Assembly (NCBI GenBank): GCA_041742355.1
Contig: JBGSIV010000122.1
Location: 1 to 14,308, forward strand
Direction of reading: 5' to 3'
DNA from: Candidatus Zixiibacteriota bacterium
Lineage (GTDB): Bacteria; Zixibacteria; MSB-5A5; GN15; FEB-12
DNA: 14,308 bases
The notes under the pieces were generated by a model that had not been told where the DNA came from, did no database searches, and saw only the letters and a list, made by a program, of their open reading frames with translations. How positions within the stretch are numbered: position 1 is the stretch's first letter; the number at the start of each line of letters is the position of its first letter. Shown piece by piece: positions 7,090 to 14,308 of the stretch. The position numbers were made by a program, and so were the translations under genes.

Positions 7090-7182
7090 TGTGTAAGCAA
7101 CTGGTGGCAGCCGCCCGGCCGACCGGAGCCGGCGGCGCGGATCATCTGAACCAACAGGCACCGATTAACCGGAGGAGCAGTC

Positions 7183-7293
7183 ATGGCTGACAAGGGAAGT
7201 AAGGACAAGGGCCAAAAGGAACAGAAGAAGAAGCCCAAACACACCAAGGATGAGAAGCGCAAGCTGAAGCAGGAAAAGAAAGAGAAGAAGTAG
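7183..7293 (+). CDS. 36-aa Lys-rich small protein MADKGSKDKGQKEQKKKPKHTKDEKRKLKQEKKEKK
   Basis: Strong SD GGAGGAG (7171-7177), ATG 7183, TAG 7291-7293; most Lys codons are AAG as expected for a high-GC coding region; below the ORF-track size cutoff. Confidence 0.8.
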   Translation: MADKGSKDKGQKEQKKKPKHTKDEKRKLKQEKKEKK

Positions 7294-7361
7294 GCGGCCG
7301 TCCCCTCGGCGCTGCTTCGACCGCTATATCGAGATCAACTCGATTGGGAACGACTCACGCC

Positions 7362-7386
7362 CGGGCAGGCCATTTACGCCTGCCCG
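7362..7386. other. GC-rich hairpin downstream of the small peptide (possible terminator)
   Basis: CGGGCAGGC-catttac-GCCTGCCCG, perfect 9-bp stem; no U-tract immediately adjacent. Confidence 0.4.
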
Positions 7387-7490
7387 CGCAATCGGGCCGC
7401 CGCGGCTTTTCTCCTTGCCCCGCATTGTTGACTGCCCTACTTTGGGGTGATGGTCAATCACGGTGAACATAGACCTATGGCTGGCCGCCG

Positions 7491-7868
7491 ATGAGAGTGC
7501 TCTTCCTTGCGCTCGTGGCGGCCACTCTCGTTTTCGGCTACTACTACTTTTTCGTCGACACGCTCACGCTCACCGAGATCGCCGAATCCTCCGAGAACCA
7601 GACGGCCGCTTTCTTTGCCCCGCTTATGGATTTTGACACGGGCCTCACCCGGTGGGATATCCATCGCCTCTCGGGCAAGGCGGATACCTGGAGTGCCCGC
7701 TGGGACGAGACCCGGTCCATCCCCGGCTTGTCCGAGCGCACTGCCGAGCAGAAGAAGATCCTTAGTGAGATGATGTCGGATCCGTCGGTGCGCAAGATCT
7801 CCGATCGCATGGCCGGTTTCGGGGAGTCGTCGGCAAGGGCGCTGCTGGAGATGCTGTCGGGGCGGTAG
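7491..7868 (+). CDS. Hypothetical protein with N-terminal signal/membrane anchor (125 aa)
   Basis: MRVLFLALVAATLVFGYYYFF hydrophobic N-terminus; fills the gap and converges on the DUF4126 gene; SD weak. Confidence 0.65.
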   Translation: MRVLFLALVAATLVFGYYYFFVDTLTLTEIAESSENQTAAFFAPLMDFDTGLTRWDIHRLSGKADTWSARWDETRSIPGLSERTAEQKKILSEMMSDPSVRKISDRMAGFGESSARALLEMLSGR

Positions 7869-7904
7869 CCGCCGAGTACCCTCCGAAACACTACCGATAT
7901 CGAC

Positions 7905-8915
7905 CTAATTCGACTCGATGCCTTCGGTCACCTCCACTCGAATTCGCTCCGATAGAGCCGCAAAGGCATCTACATTCTCCCGAGTACAGTAGATTCTGAC
8001 CCGACCCTTCTTCGTGGTAATTAACAGCAGGGAAACAATCGCCTGCCTCTTGAACTCGACCCGAGAACCCGGTGGTATGTCGATCTCGTAGCACCGAGTC
8101 TTGAACCAGCACCGTGTGATGAACACTGTCTTCCCGGGCACCGTCGCCAGAATTCCTCGGAAGAACCGCCCCGGCTTGCATCCTCTCCCCGAATACGCCG
8201 GCACCCACAGCTGTATAGCACCGCCGGCCCCCAACTCCTCCAGGGCTCCCTGGAACCCGTCCGGCACTGCTAGACTTTCCCCGCCCTCAACGACTCCCTG
8301 TTGGCCACCTGCCAGACTGGCGAACAGCCCCTTCAAAACCGCGAACTCGAACAAAATCAGCCGCACCAGCTTTGGCGCGATCCAGATCATCGCCAGCAGA
8401 AACATGGCAACTACCGTAATGGCGATAACCGGATGGCTGAGAAATATCCACGTGCCGACTACAACAACCACATCCTCTACCACGCTCACCGCACTGTTGG
8501 TGAAAGGCTCTGGGCTCTGATTGACTAAGAGCCGCGCCCCTGCCTTCGTGGAGTGCGACGACAGCCCGATCCCCCCGCATGCGAGCACGGCGAGCGTCTC
8601 CACCCAGGGATCCGTTCCCTGTAACGCCGCGACTCCGATCGCCGCCGCCCCGAGCGGCCGCACAAACGTGTGCAGCGTATCCCACATCGTATCGACCCAC
8701 GGAATCTTATCCGCGGCAAACTCGATGAGATACAATACCCCTGCTGCAATGAGGATCCACGGCTCGGCGAGAATCGCCAGCCCTTGAAGCTCCGGCGGCA
8801 GGGTTATGAGATTGAAGCGGACTGACAGTCCCACCGTGAGCGTGGCCGCATAGAGATTTATCCCGGACAGGAACGCCAGCCCGAACGTTGACCCGAGAAG
8901 CGAGATAAGGTTCAT
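7905..8915 (-). CDS. DUF4126-family membrane protein with soluble C-terminal extension (336 aa)
   Basis: SGINLYA, EFAADKIPWVDTMWD, HTFVRP, KAGAR, SPEPFTN, EDVVV family motifs; several hydrophobic helices; AAGG SD. Confidence 0.85.
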   Translation of the reverse strand: MNLISLLGSTFGLAFLSGINLYAATLTVGLSVRFNLITLPPELQGLAILAEPWILIAAGVLYLIEFAADKIPWVDTMWDTLHTFVRPLGAAAIGVAALQGTDPWVETLAVLACGGIGLSSHSTKAGARLLVNQSPEPFTNSAVSVVEDVVVVVGTWIFLSHPVIAITVVAMFLLAMIWIAPKLVRLILFEFAVLKGLFASLAGGQQGVVEGGESLAVPDGFQGALEELGAGGAIQLWVPAYSGRGCKPGRFFRGILATVPGKTVFITRCWFKTRCYEIDIPPGSRVEFKRQAIVSLLLITTKKGRVRIYCTRENVDAFAALSERIRVEVTEGIESN

Positions 8916-8948
8916 GCGTACTACCTTATGAGTCTAACTGATGTCGGT

Positions 8949-8978
8949 AATCTATCCCTTCCTTCTCACCCGTGTCAA
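8949..8978 (-). promoter_or_regulatory. Candidate sigma-70 promoter for the DUF4126 gene
   Basis: Minus strand TTGACA-N18-TAGATT, ending about 34 bp upstream of the ATG. Confidence 0.55.
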
Positions 8979-9017
8979 TCGTAAAGCCCCCGCTGCCGCT
9001 ACTCATCCCCAATCGCC

Positions 9018-9434
9018 TCACCTCCTCCGCAACGCCGCATCCACGCTCCACGGCCCCGGGCCGGCCGCCGAGAAATACAGCCACACGAAGCAGTACACGA
9101 CCGCCGCCACCCCGCCGTTGATCGTCGGCCAGAATCCCTGCGGGAAATGGAACTGGAAATACGCCACCGCCATCTCCCCCGCCAGGATAAACGCCACCGG
9201 CCGCGTGAACAGCCCAATGAGCATCAGGAATCCCCCGAAGACCTCCAGCGCACCGCCGATGCCCGTCTGCGTGAACAGCTCCGCCGTGGTGTTGTCCGGC
9301 GGTATCCCCCGGGGAAATCCGAACAGCTTCATCGTCCCCGTCTCCATGAACATCAGCGCCGCCACAATTCGCAGGGCACTCTGAAAGTAGGGCGCCCAGC
9401 TGGTCCACTTCGCGATCAAACCCCACTGATTCAT
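9018..9434 (-). CDS. DoxX-family membrane protein (138 aa)
   Basis: LRIVAALMF..G..KLFG, LEVFGG, GLFTRP, GEMAVAYF, GPGPWSVD; SD GAAGGAGA before ATG 9434. Confidence 0.9.
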   Translation of the reverse strand: MNQWGLIAKWTSWAPYFQSALRIVAALMFMETGTMKLFGFPRGIPPDNTTAELFTQTGIGGALEVFGGFLMLIGLFTRPVAFILAGEMAVAYFQFHFPQGFWPTINGGVAAVVYCFVWLYFSAAGPGPWSVDAALRRR

Positions 9435-9479
9435 GCTGTCTCCTTCGCTGCTCATGAAGTTTTCCGGTGCGTCACACCC

Positions 9480-10013
9480 CTATTTCAGGACGTCCGCCAG
9501 TTTGTTCAGCAACTCATTCCACCCCTGCTTCGTCATCTCCCTCATCTCTCCGGCCGGCATCCCTTCGTGGAGCAGCGTCATCTTTGTCCGACCGCCGTCA
9601 TCCTCGAGAGTCACCGAGACCAGCATCTCGATAGGGATATCCTCGCCCATCCCATAGTATGATGCCGGGACGACATTTCCGTCGGGGTCGGCGAATGAAT
9701 CCGTGCAGACCAGCTTCTCGTTCGGCACTATCTCGCGGTAGGTCCCCGTGCTCCAGAAGTCTTTCCCCTCCGGCGACCGCATGCAGAACAGATATTTCCC
9801 GCCGTACCGCAGATTCAGTTCTATCACCGGCGCGGTGAACTGTTTCGGCCCCCACCAGCGCCGCAGGAGCTCCGGCTCGGTCCATGCCTTCCATACGTTT
9901 TCGCGCGGGGCGTCAAACGTGCGCGTAATCTCCAGCCCGCTTACCGGCTGTTCGCCGCCTGCCCGCTGCGATACATCCAGCCGGTCAACCGTGGGGTTTT
10001 TCTTCGACGTCAT
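9480..10013 (-). CDS. SRPBCC/AHSA1 (START-like) domain protein (177 aa)
   Basis: ITRTFDAPRENVWKAWTEPELLRRWWGP, GGKYLFCM, GTYREIVP, GW; SD AAGGAG before ATG 10013. Confidence 0.9.
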   Translation of the reverse strand: MTSKKNPTVDRLDVSQRAGGEQPVSGLEITRTFDAPRENVWKAWTEPELLRRWWGPKQFTAPVIELNLRYGGKYLFCMRSPEGKDFWSTGTYREIVPNEKLVCTDSFADPDGNVVPASYYGMGEDIPIEMLVSVTLEDDGGRTKMTLLHEGMPAGEMREMTKQGWNELLNKLADVLK

Positions 10014-10202
10014 ACCAATCGCTCCTTCTGGGCCTTGCACCCATTATTGCCTCGCATGCCATTGCCACATATGCCCGGATGGATCAACTGACTCGATATT
10101 GCGCGTGCTCCATGAGACTCCCGTACCCCTTCCCCGCCCCTGTTACCCATCAGTAACCGTGCCTCCCCGAAATCGTTCCCGTCAGGTCATCGCAGGGTGA
10201 GT

Positions 10203-10230
10203 GTCATGCTGAGCGGAGCCGAAGCATGGC
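10203..10230 (+). repeat. GTCATGCTGAGC-type REP-like palindrome
   Basis: GTCATGCT-gagcggagccga-AGCATGGC; resembles a common intergenic repeat of FCB and other bacteria (recalled, not searched). Confidence 0.55.
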
Positions 10231-10324
10231 GAGGCTTCCCGCGGACAGGCCGGCTGTGGCCTGACCTGGGTGCATAATCGAGTGTGGAAACTGCCCTTCC
10301 GGCCCCGGCCCGGAATCCTGCCCC

Positions 10325-11662
10325 TTACTCCCGGCGCAACTTCTCCCGCAGTGTCTTGCGATCGATCCCCAGTATCTCCGCCGCTTTCGACTTGTTCCCT
10401 CCCACGCCCGCCAGCACGTTGCGTATGTGCTCCCCCTCAACCTCCGCCAGCGTCCGGTGCACCCCGTTCTCCCTCGGCGCCGAATACCGCATGAGCGCCG
10501 GGAGATCCGGCACATCGATACGGTCGCCGTCGTGCATCACGACCAGTCGCCGCACGATATTTTCGAGCTCCCGCACGTTCCCCGGCCAGTTGTATCCCCG
10601 GAGGACTTCCACCGCTGCATCGGTGAACTTTGGCGCCGGACGGCCCTGCTCCTCCGCGAACCGCTTCGCGAAGTGCCGCACAAGCAGCAGTATGTCGTCC
10701 CCCCGCTCGCGCAGCGGCGGCACCGCAATCGTGATCACCGACAACCGGAAAAAGAGATCCTCCCGGAACTGGTCCTTCGCCACCAGGGTCGAGAGAGTCT
10801 TGTTCGTCGCCGCGACAATCCGCACGTCGACTTTCCGCGACCGGGTCGCCCCCACCATGTACACCTCGCGATCCTGGAGTACCCGCAGGAGCTTCACCTG
10901 CATGGGGAGGCTCGTTTCGGCGATCTCATCGAGGAAGATCGGTCCCCCGTCGGCCGTCTGGAAGAACCCCGCGCGCGACTCATTGGCCCCCGTAAACGAG
11001 CCCTTCACATATCCGAACAGCTCGCTTTCGAGCAGTCCTTCGGGAATCCCCCCGCAGTTGACCGGCACGAACGGCGCCGATGCCCGCGGACTCGAGTAGT
11101 GAATCGCCCGCGCCACCAGTTCTTTCCCCGTCCCGCTCTCCCCTGAGATCAGCACGGTGGCCGAGGTCCCCGCCGCTTTCTCGATCGATCGGAACACGCC
11201 GCGCAGTGCAGCCGAGTCGCCCATCAGGCCGTATTCAGCGTACTGCGTCCCGGATGCCTGCGGCGCGGCCGGACGGACCCGCCGTGTCAGCAGTTTCGCC
11301 AAAGACCGGCGCACCGCGGCCAGCAGTTCGTCCTCGGTGAACGGCTTCACCAGGTACTCCTCCGCCCCGACCTTCATCGCCTCCACCGCGCCCGTTACCG
11401 ACGCATACCCGGTCATCATCATGATTTCGGTCTCGCGCAGGTTCTCGCGCACGTGCCGCACCAGGTCCAGTCCGCTCACCCTCGGCATCTTCAGATCGGT
11501 GATCACGAGATCCACCGGCGCCGACTCGAGCAGACGGATCGCGCCGCCGACATCGGGCGCCGTGTACACTCGGAATCCCCGCGACGTCAGGTTTCTCCGC
11601 ACCACCTCCAGCGTGTCCGGCGTGTCATCCACCACCAGTATCGCCGCCCGATCCTCAGCCAT
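10325..11662 (-). CDS. Sigma-54-dependent response regulator, NtrC/AtoC/ZraR family (REC-AAA+-Fis HTH, 445 aa)
   Basis: VVDD, ITDLKMP, KPF; GESGTGKE; ESELFG; GSFTGA; FLDEI; FREDLFFRL; WPGNVREL; AAEILGIDRKTL. ATG 11662 follows GAGGTGG and overlaps the kinase stop. Confidence 0.95.
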   Translation of the reverse strand: MAEDRAAILVVDDTPDTLEVVRRNLTSRGFRVYTAPDVGGAIRLLESAPVDLVITDLKMPRVSGLDLVRHVRENLRETEIMMMTGYASVTGAVEAMKVGAEEYLVKPFTEDELLAAVRRSLAKLLTRRVRPAAPQASGTQYAEYGLMGDSAALRGVFRSIEKAAGTSATVLISGESGTGKELVARAIHYSSPRASAPFVPVNCGGIPEGLLESELFGYVKGSFTGANESRAGFFQTADGGPIFLDEIAETSLPMQVKLLRVLQDREVYMVGATRSRKVDVRIVAATNKTLSTLVAKDQFREDLFFRLSVITIAVPPLRERGDDILLLVRHFAKRFAEEQGRPAPKFTDAAVEVLRGYNWPGNVRELENIVRRLVVMHDGDRIDVPDLPALMRYSAPRENGVHRTLAEVEGEHIRNVLAGVGGNKSKAAEILGIDRKTLREKLRRE

Positions 11663-13439
11663 GTGCAACCACCTCTCCGGTCTGGCCTGTCTGGGCTCCG
11701 CGCGGCAGACGGATTTCGAACCGCGAACCGCGTCCTTCTTCGCTCTCTATATGAATCGTGCCTCCGTGCGCCTCCACGATGCCGCTGACCACCGCCAGCC
11801 CCAGCCCGGTGCCTTCGTTCACATCCTTGGTAGTGAAAAATGGCTGGAGCGCCCGTTCCCGCACCGCCTGGCTCATCCCCACCCCCGTGTCCTCCACAAT
11901 CATCGAGATCGATGACGCTGTCGACCGGGTGCGGATCGTGATCCGCCCGCCTGCCGGAATCGCCTGGATCGCATTCACTACCAGGTTCACCAGCACCTGG
12001 TACAACTGGCTCGGGTCGCCCGCGATCTCCGGAAGATCCCGTTCCAGATCCCGGACCAGCTCGATTCCCACCCGCTCGCAGCGCGCCTCCAGGAAATACA
12101 GACCCTCCGCGATAATCTCGTTCAGGTTCGCCCGCTTCTCCACCGGCGGTGTCCGGCGGGCGAACAGCATCAGGCGCCGCACCACCTCGCGCGAGTGCAG
12201 CGCCGCCCCCACGATCTTGTCGACATCCTGACGCGCCTGCACCGGAAGGCCCGTCTCCTTCTTCACCAGTTGCGCGAACCCGAGGATACTTCCCAGCGGC
12301 TCGTTCAATTCGTGCACCACCCCCGCCGCCACCTGGCCTATAGTCGCCAGCCGATCCGCGTGGCGGAGCTGATCGCGCAACCCGTGGAGTTCCTCCTCCG
12401 CCGTGCGCTGCTCGATGAGCATTCCGAGTTCCTGGGCCACCTTGGCCAGCAGCCGGCGCTCTTCCGCCAGAAACGGCCCGTCGTCCCGTTCATGCATCTT
12501 CGCGCGGTAACGGACCTCCACCTGCCCCCGCCGCCGCCCGCCGATAGCAATCGCTTCCACCAGCCGCTGCCCGTCTTCGGGAAAACCGACCGTGGCAAAA
12601 CTCCGGCCGTCAAATTCGATCCGCGCCGCGGCCTGATCGGGATAGAGCCATGCGGGCGGCAGGAGTTCCACGCACCTCGCCAGCACTTCTCCCAGTGTCA
12701 GGTCGCGTTCCGCCGCAATTCGCGCCATTCCGTACAGGCACGACAGCTCCTTCACCCGCTCGCGGAGGTCCCGCCGCGCCTCGCGATGGGCCATTGCCAC
12801 TCCGATTACCCTCGCCAACTCCTCGAGAAACGGCATGCACTCGGGCGAAAAGTGCGCCCGCTCCGCCGCCACCAACAGCAGCACCCCCCGACGGCCCCCG
12901 CCGCGATCAAATGGCAGCGCCAGGAGCGAGCCTGCCCCTCCCGACTGCGTCACTATCTCCGGAATGGTCCCCCCGGACCCCGCCAGTACTTCCTGCACAT
13001 CGTCGATACTCACCCCGCCGCGTTCCCCTGTTCGCGACGGTCCCCGATTGAATACGGCCGGCAGATCAATCCGGCTGTCGGCATAGCTGAGATCGTCCAG
13101 CAGCGGGCACAGCCCTCCATCGCCGAGGAGCCCGAGCAGCGGCTGATCGGTGTCTCCGGTACGACACGCTATTACCTCATGGAGAACCTGCGCGGTCCGA
13201 CGGTCCAGCCGCCACCGCAGGAGCATCTTCCGTTCAACCAGCCGAAGTTCCGCCAGATCGCACGGCGCCTCCCGCGCCACCGCTCGAAGAATCTCTTCGA
13301 CAAAATCCGGTCGCGGGATGTCCCTTGGCGCCTGTTCGAGAACATGGCCGATTAGACGACAAAAACGCTGCGCCTCACCGCCCCCCTGCTCCAAGGGGTG
13401 TGGGGAGTTTTGCCTCATGTGATCGGCTTTGTTCTTCAT
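11655..13439 (-). CDS. Cytoplasmic sensor histidine kinase (GAF-like input, HisKA, HATPase), about 594 aa
   Basis: HELNEPLG, LVNLVVNA, DTGVGM, PFFTTK, GTGLGL; no obvious TM helix; ATG 13439 preferred over GTG 13499 because of AAGG and the promoter position. Confidence 0.92.
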   Translation of the reverse strand: MKNKADHMRQNSPHPLEQGGGEAQRFCRLIGHVLEQAPRDIPRPDFVEEILRAVAREAPCDLAELRLVERKMLLRWRLDRRTAQVLHEVIACRTGDTDQPLLGLLGDGGLCPLLDDLSYADSRIDLPAVFNRGPSRTGERGGVSIDDVQEVLAGSGGTIPEIVTQSGGAGSLLALPFDRGGGRRGVLLLVAAERAHFSPECMPFLEELARVIGVAMAHREARRDLRERVKELSCLYGMARIAAERDLTLGEVLARCVELLPPAWLYPDQAAARIEFDGRSFATVGFPEDGQRLVEAIAIGGRRRGQVEVRYRAKMHERDDGPFLAEERRLLAKVAQELGMLIEQRTAEEELHGLRDQLRHADRLATIGQVAAGVVHELNEPLGSILGFAQLVKKETGLPVQARQDVDKIVGAALHSREVVRRLMLFARRTPPVEKRANLNEIIAEGLYFLEARCERVGIELVRDLERDLPEIAGDPSQLYQVLVNLVVNAIQAIPAGGRITIRTRSTASSISMIVEDTGVGMSQAVRERALQPFFTTKDVNEGTGLGLAVVSGIVEAHGGTIHIESEEGRGSRFEIRLPRGAQTGQTGEVVAHG

Positions 13440-13487
13440 AACCTTATCCCGAAACTGGGTAGAATGTCCCCGATTGCGAACATAGGC

Positions 13488-13516
13488 AATATAACCCACC
13501 TTGGTCCGCGCAGGAA
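13488..13516 (-). promoter_or_regulatory. Candidate sigma-70 promoter of the two-component operon
   Basis: Minus strand TTCCTG-N17-TATATT between the upstream terminator and ATG 13439. Confidence 0.35.
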
Positions 13517-13550
13517 AGGGGAATTTTGCCGGAATCTGCCACCCCAGGCA

Positions 13551-13592
13551 AAATAAAGAAAAGAGGCAGGCCCGAACCCGGACCCGCCTCTT
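13551..13592 (-). terminator. Rho-independent terminator after the secreted protein gene
   Basis: Minus strand AAGAGGCGGGTCC-gggttc-GGGCCTGCCTCTT (two G-U pairs) followed by TTCTTTATTT. Confidence 0.85.
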
Positions 13593-13621
13593 CTGTCGCT
13601 GTAGGTATGCGAAAGACTGTG

Positions 13622-14308
13622 CTACTTGACCAGGAGCATCTTCTTGGTCTGGTTAAACGCTTCCGCCTCAAGGCGGTAGAAGTACACGCCCGACGAAAGC
13701 CCGGTCGCGTCGAACTCGACCGTGTGCGCTCCCGCATCCATTCCCTCGTTCACGAGCGTCCGGACCTCCTGTCCGAGCACGTTGAAGACCGATAGCCGCA
13801 CATCCGACGCTTTCGGCAGGGCGAACTGAATCGTGGTCGACGGATTAAACGGATTCGGGTAGTTCTGATTCAGCGCAAACTCGCTCGGCAGCAGGTCGGC
13901 CCCTTTGGCCGCTACCGGAGCCGCCGCCGGCGGCAACGCCACGACCGCACCACCCGGAAGCGCCGCGAAGAGCCCGAACGCCGGACCATCCTGATCATTG
14001 ATCGGCGAGAGGAACCCCGATGCGAACACGATCGCCGCGCCGCCCCCGAGACCGCTCAGGTCGGCCGTGTACGAGGCGACCACGACATTGTTGTCGTTGC
14101 CCGGCGTCACATCCAGCGTATACATGCCGGCCGGCACCGTGAAGTACTCGGTCACATCCCCGTACGCCGCGTTATCCACCAACGTCGCCACGCCGCGCGC
14201 GATCACGTCGACGGTCGGCGCATCGGTCGCCCCGTGCAGCGCCGCCAGGTCGACATTGCCGCTGCCGTTCAGGCTGCTCTCCTGCGCCATGGTCCGCACG
14301 AACAGCGT
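13622..14308 (-). CDS. Secreted protein, DUF4397-like domain plus T9SS type-A/FlgD-Ig C-terminal sorting domain (5' end beyond window)
   Basis: LHGATDAPTVDV...Y..VPAG.Y...FASGFL (DUF4397-like); FALNQNYPNPFNPSTTIQF...FNVLGQEV...SSGVYFYRL...KKMLLVK. Frame open to the window edge. Confidence 0.88.
   Translation of the reverse strand, partial: TLFVRTMAQESSLNGSGNVDLAALHGATDAPTVDVIARGVATLVDNAAYGDVTEYFTVPAGMYTLDVTPGNDNNVVVASYTADLSGLGGGAAIVFASGFLSPINDQDGPAFGLFAALPGGAVVALPPAAAPVAAKGADLLPSEFALNQNYPNPFNPSTTIQFALPKASDVRLSVFNVLGQEVRTLVNEGMDAGAHTVEFDATGLSSGVYFYRLEAEAFNQTKKMLLVK

Noticed and set aside
6895..7161. 89-aa N-terminal extension of the SDR in the ORF track
   Set aside because: A strong SD precedes ATG 6894, and the extension spans the divergent promoter region.
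5158..10013. Integron cassette array (cassette-like cargo; GTTAGAC on the minus strand at 8933-8939)
   Set aside because: No RYYYAAC...GTTRRRY attC structures after the stop codons, mixed orientation, own promoters, and no integrase.
10050..10068. Second sigma-54 promoter upstream of the SRPBCC gene (TGGCAATGGCATGC)
   Set aside because: GG-to-GC spacing is 9 nt rather than the required 10, and the second TGGCATG has no -12 GC.

Overview
GC-rich bacterial chromosomal window, almost all genes on the minus strand. A type-A T9SS/FlgD-like C-terminal sorting domain suggests an FCB-group-like host such as Zixibacteria (inference only). From right to left: the 3' part of a secreted DUF4397 protein with its terminator; a cytoplasmic GAF-type histidine kinase overlapping an NtrC/AtoC-family sigma-54 activator; an accessory block (SRPBCC, DoxX, DUF4126, a small membrane-anchored protein, an uncalled 36-aa Lys-rich peptide, two SDRs, and a streptothricin-acetyltransferase-like fragment); then a candidate sigma-54 promoter with paired enhancer-like sites. 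That promoter precedes a tandem-Cys-motif microprotein, a dense cluster of different REP-like hairpins, a NuoE/HydC-like subunit whose 8-Cys C-terminal extension is split by a 1-bp frameshift, and a >1033-aa NuoF/HydB::GltD/NfnB fusion that is absent from the ORF track and runs off the left edge. The most interesting candidate system is this apparently sigma-54-controlled, non-canonical two-flavin redox module with uncharacterised Cys-rich accessory domains. Its novelty cannot be established without database searches. No CRISPR, rRNA, tRNA or transposase was seen.
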